Assembly (NCBI GenBank): GCA_018499905.2
Contig: JAHBAU020000007.1
Location: forward strand, 11,408-75,407
Origin: Candidatus Saccharimonadota bacterium
Lineage (GTDB): Bacteria; Patescibacteriota; Saccharimonadia; Saccharimonadales; AQU-01
DNA: 64,000 nt
Direction: 5' to 3'
The notes below the pieces were generated by a model. That model did no database searches. It was not told the DNA's origin and saw only the letters and a list, made by a program, of their open reading frames with translations. Shown piece after piece: positions 54,564 to 62,589 of this stretch (positions are counted from its first letter, which is position 1; every line of letters begins with the position of its first letter). The position numbers and the translations under genes are program-made.

Positions 54564-55046
54564 ATGGATAGGATCACAATTTTTGCTGCTCAATATTTGA
54601 TATACATAATAGCGATTACTATACTTTTTTACGTATTACTTAGGTTACCAAGAGGCGAACTAAAAACATTTATCACCTTGTGTGGTATGGGCATAGTAGC
54701 GGCATTCATTATGGTTAAGGTAGCTGGAAGCATTTACTACAATCCACGTCCATTTGTAGACGGTAATTTTATGCCATTATTTCCGCACAGCTCTACAAAC
54801 GGCTTTCCTTCAAACCACACAGTAGCGGCAGTTCTGGCTGCGTTATTGTTATGGCGGTATAGTAGAAATGTTGCAGTAGGATTGTTTATCGCTGCATGTT
54901 TAGTTGGACTGGCTAGGGTATTAGCTAGCGTTCATCACATAGAAGACATTATCGGGGGCATTGTCATAGCAACCTTTGCAGCTTTATTCGCTAACCTAGT
55001 ACTTCACCATATTTCGAATCGTAAAGTATCCAAGACAGATAACTGA
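54564..55046 (+). CDS. PAP2-family phosphatase
   Basis: Motifs YYNPRP, PSNH and RVLASVHHIEDI (SR-x5-H-x3-D type). Confidence 0.7.
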   Translation: MDRITIFAAQYLIYIIAITILFYVLLRLPRGELKTFITLCGMGIVAAFIMVKVAGSIYYNPRPFVDGNFMPLFPHSSTNGFPSNHTVAAVLAALLLWRYSRNVAVGLFIAACLVGLARVLASVHHIEDIIGGIVIATFAALFANLVLHHISNRKVSKTDN

Positions 55047-55058
55047 TAGAATTACACT

Positions 55059-55949
55059 ATGGCACACTCACACAAAACAGAAATAAAAGACGGTAGTATA
55101 AAGTTCGGGCTTGTCCTCAACAGTTTGTATACGATAGTTGAGTTTGGCTTTGGTTTATTTACAGGCTCTCTAGCTTTAATTGCCGACGCTACACATAATC
55201 TCACTGATACTTTTACGCTAAGTGTTTCTTATGGTGCTAATCGGCTGGCAAGACGTGAAGCAAACGAGAGCAAAACATTTGGATATGGACGTGCCACAAT
55301 CCTTGCGGCATTACTCAATGCCAGCGTAATGATTGCAGTCGCAGTCTTTATTGCTTTTGAAGCTATACAGCGATTACAGAACCCTGTAGAGATTGAGGGT
55401 GGTATTGTTGCAGCAGTTGCAGCAGTAGGTATAGTGGTGAATGGCTCAATAGCTTATGTGCTGTCAAAGAACCGTAAAGACCTGAATATGCGGAGTGCCT
55501 TTATAGATATGGCATTCGACGCTTTATCTTCGTTTGGAGCAATGATAGCTGGTTTGATTATGTTATTCACAGACATACTGTATGTAGATAGTGTAGTTGG
55601 CTTACTAATTGCAGGACTCTTGCTATACAACACGCTTAAAATACTAAAAGAAGCGGTGCAGATATTACTTGAGGGAACTCCCAAAGACTTAGACATAACA
55701 GCCATCACACAAGCAATAAATGATACAGATAAAGTACTATCAGTTGATGATATGCACGTCTGGACGATACGTTCTGGTTATAACGCACTTAGCTGCCACA
55801 TTGCTATTGATGAAAAAGACCTAACAGAAAGTCGCAATATAGTAGAGTCAGTAAAAGCCAAGCTACGGAATGTACACGATATTCAGCACGCTACTATTGA
55901 AGTTGAGCTAGAAGACTGCACCACACACGAAGAACACGAAAGCCACTAG
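55059..55949 (+). CDS. Cation diffusion facilitator (CzcD/ZitB-like) exporter
   Basis: TM2 has ADATHNLTD and TM5 has IDMAFDAL. A C-terminal cytoplasmic domain and a His-rich tail (HEEHESH) follow. Confidence 0.85.
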   Translation: MAHSHKTEIKDGSIKFGLVLNSLYTIVEFGFGLFTGSLALIADATHNLTDTFTLSVSYGANRLARREANESKTFGYGRATILAALLNASVMIAVAVFIAFEAIQRLQNPVEIEGGIVAAVAAVGIVVNGSIAYVLSKNRKDLNMRSAFIDMAFDALSSFGAMIAGLIMLFTDILYVDSVVGLLIAGLLLYNTLKILKEAVQILLEGTPKDLDITAITQAINDTDKVLSVDDMHVWTIRSGYNALSCHIAIDEKDLTESRNIVESVKAKLRNVHDIQHATIEVELEDCTTHEEHESH

Positions 55950-55970
55950 AGCAGTTAAGACGTACTAGCA

Positions 55971-56140
55971 GACGAAATAATCACGGTAATCTTATTCGTG
56001 ATTGATAGCAATAATTGAGGGGAAAAAATTGTGAGCAGATACTTTACATTATTCTGGTTCAAAAAGTGAACGACATAACCTTAAATAATCTACCCTTCAG
56101 AAGTTACACAGAGGTCATAAGAGGGGTGTGATGACAAAAG
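55971..56140 (+). repeat. Direct repeat copy 2 (about 170 bp)
   Basis: Same orientation as 49233-49401 and shares its exact runs. Confidence 0.8.
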
Positions 56141-56149
56141 ATAAATAAG

Positions 56150-56179
56150 TTGACTAATACCCCTAGGGGGTATTAAGAT
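56150..56179 (+). promoter_or_regulatory. Promoter with an embedded CsoR-type operator
   Basis: TTGACT at 56150-56155 and TAAGAT at 56174-56179. The perfect palindrome ATACCCCTAGGGGGTAT (56157-56173) fills the spacer. The ATG lies 6 nt after the -10. Confidence 0.6.
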
Positions 56180-56185
56180 AATTGT

Positions 56186-56470
56186 ATGAGAACTGACATC
56201 AAAAAACGGGCAAGCCACCGCACTAAGATTATTGAAGGCCAGATCAAGGGCTTGCAGAAAATGATTGATAACGAAGACTATTGCATGGACATACTGACTC
56301 AAAGCCTTGCTATTCAGAAGTCACTCTCCTCTCTTAATAAGCTAGTTTTAGAAAATCATATAACCACTCACATCACTGATATGCTTGCTTCTGGAAAAGA
56401 AAATGAACAAACAAAAGCTCTGGATGAACTTATGAAACTTTACGAGCTTAATAACATTAGGGGTAAATAA
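56186..56470 (+). CDS. CsoR/RcnR-family metal-sensing repressor
   Basis: RTKIIEGQIKGLQKMI...DYCMDILTQSLAIQ...ENHITTHI. The ligand positions read Cys33, His58 and His62. Confidence 0.85.
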   Translation: MRTDIKKRASHRTKIIEGQIKGLQKMIDNEDYCMDILTQSLAIQKSLSSLNKLVLENHITTHITDMLASGKENEQTKALDELMKLYELNNIRGK

Positions 56471-56471
56471 C

Positions 56472-56840
56472 TTGAAGCACCTATTCGCCCTTAAGAACAT
56501 AGCCGTAATAGTTGCGGTATTGTTTCTAAATTCAGTAGCTTCTTTAGCTCACACTTCTGCAATGCCAGCAATGACGCATGAGGTGAATGGTGGTATGAAG
56601 TACAGCTCAAGTGATTCTGCCTCGTGTGCCACGCTGTGCCGAACAGCCGTGCTTAATAAAGATGAATCTATAGATTCTGATTATGACGAAGAAAATGATG
56701 AACCTGCCGTACCTTTCTATTTGCTTACCAAAGCTGAGCAGTTTAACGACAACACAGTAAACCAAAAGATATATGCAGAATCCGTAAAGCCACCACCTAA
56801 GATACCGATATATATTCTCTACGGTGTCTTTAGGGTTTAG
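56472..56840 (+). CDS. Small secreted/membrane protein with a CxxxC motif
   Basis: TTG start 2 nt after the csoR-like stop. Signal segment, CATLC and an acidic stretch. It is a paralog of 50357..50695. Confidence 0.4.
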   Translation: MKHLFALKNIAVIVAVLFLNSVASLAHTSAMPAMTHEVNGGMKYSSSDSASCATLCRTAVLNKDESIDSDYDEENDEPAVPFYLLTKAEQFNDNTVNQKIYAESVKPPPKIPIYILYGVFRV

Positions 56841-56889
56841 GATTCGTTCTACGCTTTAACGACATTCTTAAATTTAATCTGGAGAACAT

Positions 56890-57570
56890 ATGAAAAAGAA
56901 TAAAAGTAATAAGAACAACATCATTGTAGTGGCGATTGTCGCCATAGTAGCGATAGCAGGAGTCAGTATCTATGCTATGAGTAATGATGATGGGATGATG
57001 GGCGACAACAATATGATGGGTAATAACTCATCACAACAAGCAAGTTCAAGCAGTCTCGTAGACAAGAACTCAGCTGAATACAAAATGTACATCGAACTTA
57101 CTAGTGATGACTATGACCGTATGTTTATTGCCAATATGATTGAGCATCATAAGGGTGCTGTCGACATGGCAGAACTAGCGTTAACCAATGCAAAACACCA
57201 AGAGCTAAAAGATATGGCTAATAACATCATAGCGGCTCAAAGCAAAGAAATAACAAACATGGAAGCTTGGCAGAAGGATTGGGGATACCCAAGTAGTAGC
57301 GGTGAGATGATGATGGATCACTCGGCAATGGGTATGATGGCTGATATGGGTCAAATGACTGAAGAGCTAAAGAGTTTAACGGGCGATGCTTTTGACAAGG
57401 CTTTTTTGGCTTCAATGATTGAGCACCACCAGTCGGCAATAAATATGGCTTACCCAGGTCAGACAAATGCTAAGCACGATGAGGTAAAAACATTAACACA
57501 GGCAATCGTAGACGCTCAGAGTAGTGAAATTGCCCAGATGAGGCAATGGCAAAAAGACTGGGCTTACTAG
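56890..57570 (+). CDS. DUF305-family protein (canonical)
   Basis: Signal/TM segment. Two repeats read FIANMIEHHKGAVDMA and FLASMIEHHQSAINMA. The N-terminal region is Met-rich. Confidence 0.8.
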   Translation: MKKNKSNKNNIIVVAIVAIVAIAGVSIYAMSNDDGMMGDNNMMGNNSSQQASSSSLVDKNSAEYKMYIELTSDDYDRMFIANMIEHHKGAVDMAELALTNAKHQELKDMANNIIAAQSKEITNMEAWQKDWGYPSSSGEMMMDHSAMGMMADMGQMTEELKSLTGDAFDKAFLASMIEHHQSAINMAYPGQTNAKHDEVKTLTQAIVDAQSSEIAQMRQWQKDWAY

Positions 57571-57581
57571 GTTAAAGTACT

Positions 57582-59600
57582 ATGGACCATTCTCAACATG
57601 AACACCACCGAACGGAGCATCAGGAGCACGACAAACATGCTGGTCATTCAGTAGCAATGTTCAAAGATAAGTTCTGGTTGTCATTGTTACTAACTATACC
57701 CGTGCTCATATATAGCGAAATGATACAGCACTGGCTCGGCTTCACGCCACCAGCATTTCCTGGCTCGCAATATGTGCCGTTTGTGTTTAGTACCATCATC
57801 TTTTTCTATGGCGGAATTGTGTTCATAAAGGGTGCTATTAGTGAGCTAAGGGCTAGATTGCCAGGGATGATGACACTTATCAGCTTGGCAATTATCACAG
57901 CCTACGCATACAGCGTTGCTACACAGTTCTTCATTGACGGAGAGGGTTTCTTTTGGGAACTCGCAACCCTAGTAACAATTATGTTGCTAGGGCACTGGCT
58001 AGAAATGGCTTCAGTCGCAAAAGCTGAGAATGCCCTAGACGCAATATCACAGTTGCTACCTGACAAGGCAGAAAAGCTAGTCAATGGCAAACCAAAACAA
58101 GTGTTAGTTAGTGAGCTTAGTGTTGGTGACTTAGTACTAGTACGTCCAGGAACAAGAATACCGATTGACGGTGTAATAACAGACGGTAGCTCATCGATTG
58201 ATGAAGCGGCTATTACAGGTGAATCAAAGCCTGTAAGTAAGACAGTTAATGATGAGGTTGTTGCAGGTACAGTGAATCAGGACGGCTCAATAACAGTGAA
58301 AGTTACCAAGCTAGGAGACGACACAGCACTAGCAGGAATTATGCGACTAGTTGCCGAAGCCCAAAGCTCAAAATCTAATGTTCAAGTGCTGGCGGATAAA
58401 GCAGCTTTTTACCTAACGATCATAGCTATAAGTACTGCTATTGTTACTTTCGTTTACTGGTTGGTTGCTAAAGATATGAATTTCGCTCTAGAACGAGCCG
58501 TTACGGTACTAATTATTGCTTGTCCTCACGCACTTGGTTTGGCGATACCTCTAGTTGTATCAATATCAACTGCATTATCAGCAAAGAATGGATTACTCGT
58601 TCGTAAAAGACTGGCTCTTGAATCAGCACGTAAATTAGATTGGGTGCTATTTGACAAGACTGGCACACTGACTAGAGGCGAACACGGCGTTACAGACATA
58701 TGGGCTACAAAAGGCTATAACAAAGAAGACATAATCCATCTCACTGCAAGCCTTGAGCAAAACAGTGAACATATTGTTGGTAAAGGCATTGTACGAAAAG
58801 CCGAAGAAGACCATATTCATCTAGATAAAGTAACCAATTTTAAGGCTTTGCCAGGTCTAGGCGTGCAAGGTTCTCTACATGGTAGTGAAGTGTATATTGC
58901 AGCCAGCTATCGATACGTTGAAGAAAACAAGCTAACAGTTCCTGCTGACATAGCTAAAGTAGTTAAGCAAGCTGCAGAAGAGGGCAAAACAGAGGTTTAT
59001 CTGATAAAAAATAATAAAGTTGTTGGAGCATTAGGATTAGCCGACATAGTACGTGAACAATCTAAGCATGCCATAAGAACACTCAGAGAAATGGGTATTA
59101 AGACAGCTATGATTACAGGTGATTCTGATGAGGTTGCAGCATATGTATCAAAGCAGCTTGGCTTGGACCAGTACTTTGCAGAGGTTAGACCAGAAGACAA
59201 GGCTGCCAAGGTAAAGGAATTGCAGAAAAATGGACAAAAAGTCGCTATGGTAGGAGATGGTATCAATGACGCACCAGCCCTTACACAAGCAGACATAGGC
59301 ATAGCTATTGGTGCGGGTACTGATGTGGCTATTAAGTCGGCAGATATTATTCTCGTAAAAAGCGATCCCCAAGACGTAGTAAAGGTAATAAACCTATCAA
59401 AAGCTACGTATAGGAAAATGAGCCAGAATCTAGTTTGGGCTACTGGTTATAACGTCTTTGCGATACCTTTGGCTGCTGGTGTGTTGTATGGAGCTGGCAT
59501 AGTGCTTGCCCCTGCACTTGGAGCAATCCTAATGTCGGTTTCAACAGTTGTTGTAGCAATAAACGCACAATTACTTCGCAAAGCAAAGCTTAGTTCATAA
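57582..59600 (+). CDS. copB: P1B-type ATPase, CopB-like (CPH motif, His-rich N-terminus)
   Basis: N-terminus MDHSQHEHHRTEHQEHDKHAGH. TM6 CPH at 58521-58529, DKTGT at 58653-58667 and GDGINDAP. Confidence 0.9.
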   Translation: MDHSQHEHHRTEHQEHDKHAGHSVAMFKDKFWLSLLLTIPVLIYSEMIQHWLGFTPPAFPGSQYVPFVFSTIIFFYGGIVFIKGAISELRARLPGMMTLISLAIITAYAYSVATQFFIDGEGFFWELATLVTIMLLGHWLEMASVAKAENALDAISQLLPDKAEKLVNGKPKQVLVSELSVGDLVLVRPGTRIPIDGVITDGSSSIDEAAITGESKPVSKTVNDEVVAGTVNQDGSITVKVTKLGDDTALAGIMRLVAEAQSSKSNVQVLADKAAFYLTIIAISTAIVTFVYWLVAKDMNFALERAVTVLIIACPHALGLAIPLVVSISTALSAKNGLLVRKRLALESARKLDWVLFDKTGTLTRGEHGVTDIWATKGYNKEDIIHLTASLEQNSEHIVGKGIVRKAEEDHIHLDKVTNFKALPGLGVQGSLHGSEVYIAASYRYVEENKLTVPADIAKVVKQAAEEGKTEVYLIKNNKVVGALGLADIVREQSKHAIRTLREMGIKTAMITGDSDEVAAYVSKQLGLDQYFAEVRPEDKAAKVKELQKNGQKVAMVGDGINDAPALTQADIGIAIGAGTDVAIKSADIILVKSDPQDVVKVINLSKATYRKMSQNLVWATGYNVFAIPLAAGVLYGAGIVLAPALGAILMSVSTVVVAINAQLLRKAKLSS

Positions 59601-59629
59601 GTAGAATACGTCGTTGGTGGCATTAAAGT

Positions 59630-60361
59630 TTACTGAATAGGCTTAGCACTACGCTTACTATCTACATTAAAATGCCACACATCGTCATGTTCATACCTTG
59701 CAAGTGCAATGGTAAGATTAGGTGCAGTTGGCTTACTAAGATATATGACTCTTGCAATATCTAATGCTGGTAGTTGATACCAGACTACGTATACATCCGC
59801 AAATACCTCTATTGCTTGTTTTGCACCCTTGCGGATTCCTTCAATCTCTATCTCACCTGCTTGACTGTATATATTTACAATCAATGCACAGTTATCAGGA
59901 TAATCAGCACGCCTAGCAGCCTTCTTGTTGATTTGTGTAATTACGTGAGCATTGCTTACCTTTGTTGCTGGAAAATAGCCCTGCACCATTACCTGCTGGA
60001 CAAGCATTTTTGCGTGAGCTTGATCATGCCATATAGCACCGTCTGATAATACATTTTCAGTCTGAGCCTTTGCAGAATCTTCAATACCTACGAAGGCTTG
60101 GTAAGTGTTTTTTGTACCTGCTTGCTCTGCAACCCATTGATAGTACGAAACAACAGCTCCAAGACCCATTAGCTCACCTGCGTTAAGGTCGATGGTTGTA
60201 CCGCTTGCAAAATTCGCTGGCAAATCAATTGAGTTTAATTTAGCAATGGGACGATTATTGAGCAGTAAGCTTATCTTGTCTTTCGTAGACTTACCGTCGT
60301 ACATACCTAAGACTATCTTAATTGCGTTATCTGGGTGTAGACCAACTCCATCAAAATTCAT
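59630..60361 (-). CDS. Hypothetical protein (243 aa)
   Basis: Clear ORF convergent with copB. No motif recognised. Confidence 0.45.
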   Translation of the reverse strand: MNFDGVGLHPDNAIKIVLGMYDGKSTKDKISLLLNNRPIAKLNSIDLPANFASGTTIDLNAGELMGLGAVVSYYQWVAEQAGTKNTYQAFVGIEDSAKAQTENVLSDGAIWHDQAHAKMLVQQVMVQGYFPATKVSNAHVITQINKKAARRADYPDNCALIVNIYSQAGEIEIEGIRKGAKQAIEVFADVYVVWYQLPALDIARVIYLSKPTAPNLTIALARYEHDDVWHFNVDSKRSAKPIQ

Positions 60362-60458
60362 ACTAACAGTATACTGCTAATCAGTGGAGCGTGGCTTGGC
60401 CATGGCCAAGAATTAGCGTTGTGGTATGGAGTATTAAATATAGTGGTGAGTGTGGTGG

Positions 60459-60540
60459 GGTAGCAAAAATCTGGGAAAAAAATTTTCGCAGGGTTACCAA
60501 CCTATATTTTGGGCAAAAAGATGAAAGAACATATTCCTGA
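60459..60540 (+). repeat. Degenerate third copy of the island repeat
   Basis: aaatctgggaaaaaaatt and caaaaagatgaaagaacata align with the core of copies 1 and 2, at roughly 60 percent identity by eye. Confidence 0.45.
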
Positions 60541-60544
60541 GTAT

Positions 60545-60745
60545 TTACCACTTACCGCCAGCAGTTTCTTGTAGTTCTTTGATCTGTTGAGGAGTGTAGC
60601 CACGTGTTCTTTTATCTAGTGGAGGCATCAAGAAGGTTATATCGAATGGTATGGTTGCGTCTTGTGAATACCAATAGATAAGCTCATAGGTGTGCATTAT
60701 ATCCGACAAATCCTCTTGGGTACATTGAAGTGTTTGCAAAATCAA
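60545..60745 (-). CDS. Hypothetical small protein (66 aa)
   Basis: AT-rich ORF at the presumed right end of the island. No motif recognised. Confidence 0.3.
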   Translation of the reverse strand: MILQTLQCTQEDLSDIMHTYELIYWYSQDATIPFDITFLMPPLDKRTRGYTPQQIKELQETAGGKW

Positions 60746-60812
60746 TGTAATTGTCAGGATTCGTTCATAAATCAGTTGCTATACTAGAGGATAATTAGCA
60801 TAAGTAGAATCT

Positions 60813-62144
60813 ATGAAATTTCTTTCGAAGCAGTTTTTTATTGTTGTTATGGTGCTACTCATTGTGGCGGCTTCGGCTTCGACGTGGTATGCAGTCACCC
60901 AGTCTGGGCGCCAGCTTAAAGATTCATTGCTCGGCCGTGTTTCTTCCATGAGCGCCTTCGTCGACCCATCACTTATCCAAGCACTGAAGGGGGATGAGAC
61001 AGATCTGGAACGCCCAGAGTATGCTGAGCTCAAGAAGAGTTTAAAGTCTGCAGTAAGGTTGAATGCCGATGTCCGTTTTGTCTACCTCATGGCAAAAGAC
61101 CAGGACGGTGTGTACTTTTTAGCAGACTCGACCGATCCGACAAGCGAGGACTACTCGGCGCCAGGTGATCGTTACCCAGAGGCATCACCTGAGCTTATTG
61201 CCAGCTTTGACAGAGCTGACGAATTTATTGAAGGCCCGGCTAGCGACTCGTTTGGGACGTGGCTGTCAGGGCTTTCGCCAGTATACAATGCAGAAGGCAC
61301 TGTCATTGCGATGCTTGGTATGGACATCGACTATTCTGTTTATGAAGCCCAAGTAACAAGGGCGGCTCTCGTCCCGATTGGCATATTCCTCTTCTTGATA
61401 AGCCTAGACTTTTTTGGTGTGTATGTCCGACGACAGGAGCAGGACGCCGCTAACCTTAAGGCCGAACTTGTATCGATTGCTTCCCATGATCTGCGTTCGC
61501 CACTCACTGGCATAGAGTGGGCTGCAAAGGCCATTGCCGAAAACCCACAAGATGAAAACAACGCCCGAGAAATGGGAATTGCCGTCGCCACCACTACCAC
61601 CGAACTACGCAATACCGTGAACACCATTTTGCAGATGGCTGTCGAAGGACGGGGGATTGACACCGGTATTCATAAAGAAATCCTCAGCCTCAAGCAGCTA
61701 CTGACTGAATCGGCTGATGTGTTTCGGTTGCCTGCACAGTCGCACAAAACTAAAATTATCCTGAGTACATCGGTGACTGACGAAATTAGCGTGTTTGTCG
61801 ACAAAGAAAAATTCAAACGTGCCTTGTCGAACCTTATTAATAATGCGGTCAAATACACACGGCCAGACACTGAAATTTCCATTGAGTACGAGCTAAAGGA
61901 TAACCAGCATGTTATTGGCATTCGCGACCAAGGAGTCGGTATACCGGTTGCCGATCAAGAAAAAGTCATGGCAGGTTATCATCGGGCGGCTAATGTCGCA
62001 CGTTCTGGGATTGAAGGAACGGGTCTGGGCATAATTCTTACGAGAAAAATCATCGAAGCCCATGGCGGAACACTGACATTTGAAAGCACCGAGAATGTCG
62101 GCACTTGCTTCTACATACACCTACCAGCGTCCGAGCAGGCTTAA
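60813..62144 (+). CDS. Sensor histidine kinase
   Basis: Two TM spans flank an extracytoplasmic domain. H-box SIASHDLRSPL, N-box NLINNAVKYT, G-boxes RDQGVGIP and GTGLGI. Confidence 0.85.
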   Translation: MKFLSKQFFIVVMVLLIVAASASTWYAVTQSGRQLKDSLLGRVSSMSAFVDPSLIQALKGDETDLERPEYAELKKSLKSAVRLNADVRFVYLMAKDQDGVYFLADSTDPTSEDYSAPGDRYPEASPELIASFDRADEFIEGPASDSFGTWLSGLSPVYNAEGTVIAMLGMDIDYSVYEAQVTRAALVPIGIFLFLISLDFFGVYVRRQEQDAANLKAELVSIASHDLRSPLTGIEWAAKAIAENPQDENNAREMGIAVATTTTELRNTVNTILQMAVEGRGIDTGIHKEILSLKQLLTESADVFRLPAQSHKTKIILSTSVTDEISVFVDKEKFKRALSNLINNAVKYTRPDTEISIEYELKDNQHVIGIRDQGVGIPVADQEKVMAGYHRAANVARSGIEGTGLGIILTRKIIEAHGGTLTFESTENVGTCFYIHLPASEQA

Positions 62145-62156
62145 AACGAGTTACAC

Positions 62157-62516
62157 TTAGATATAGTTACGAACGGTGTCAAACAGGGCGTTTACGTCAA
62201 AATCATTTTTGTTGAAGTATTCGTACACACCTAGCTGTAGGGCGCGGTTCACTTTTTCGACTGTTTCGTCAGAAGTTAAGATAATCGCTGGCCAGTGTTT
62301 GCCTTGTCTGCGCAAGCTATCAATTAAATCCAACCCGCCAATGCCTGGCATGTTAAGATCAACAATCATCAGACCAAACTCTTCTTTTTTGGCTGTTTCA
62401 ATTGCACTCTGTCCGTTTTCGCACTCCACCACCTTGTAACCAGCAACTGTGAGCTGACGACTCACGGCGTTACGAAATGCTTGGTCATCGTCTACGAGTA
62501 AGATTGTGTGATTCAT
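62157..62516 (-). CDS. Stand-alone response-regulator receiver (CheY-like)
   Basis: ILLVDDD, VDLNMPG and ILTS motifs. It is 119 aa with no output domain. Confidence 0.85.
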   Translation of the reverse strand: MNHTILLVDDDQAFRNAVSRQLTVAGYKVVECENGQSAIETAKKEEFGLMIVDLNMPGIGGLDLIDSLRRQGKHWPAIILTSDETVEKVNRALQLGVYEYFNKNDFDVNALFDTVRNYI

Positions 62517-62589
62517 AGCATTGAGTATAAGTCATTATTACCAGTCAGGCGAAATCAATCTTTGTAATCACTTGACCTAAGGAGTGGTC

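Larger units (their letters stand above)
43322..60780. mobile_element. Integrative element of about 17.4 kb with a recombinase/replication module and two metal/redox cargo modules
   Basis: The stretch looks more AT-rich than the flanks by eye. The serine recombinase abuts ychF. I recognised no capsid or conjugation genes. The right boundary is approximate. Confidence 0.6.

Noticed and set aside
60813-62516. The histidine kinase and receiver as a novel system
   Set aside because: Both carry ordinary two-component motifs. Their convergent arrangement and the lack of an output domain are common for CheY-like receivers, and nothing unusual is visible in the sequence.
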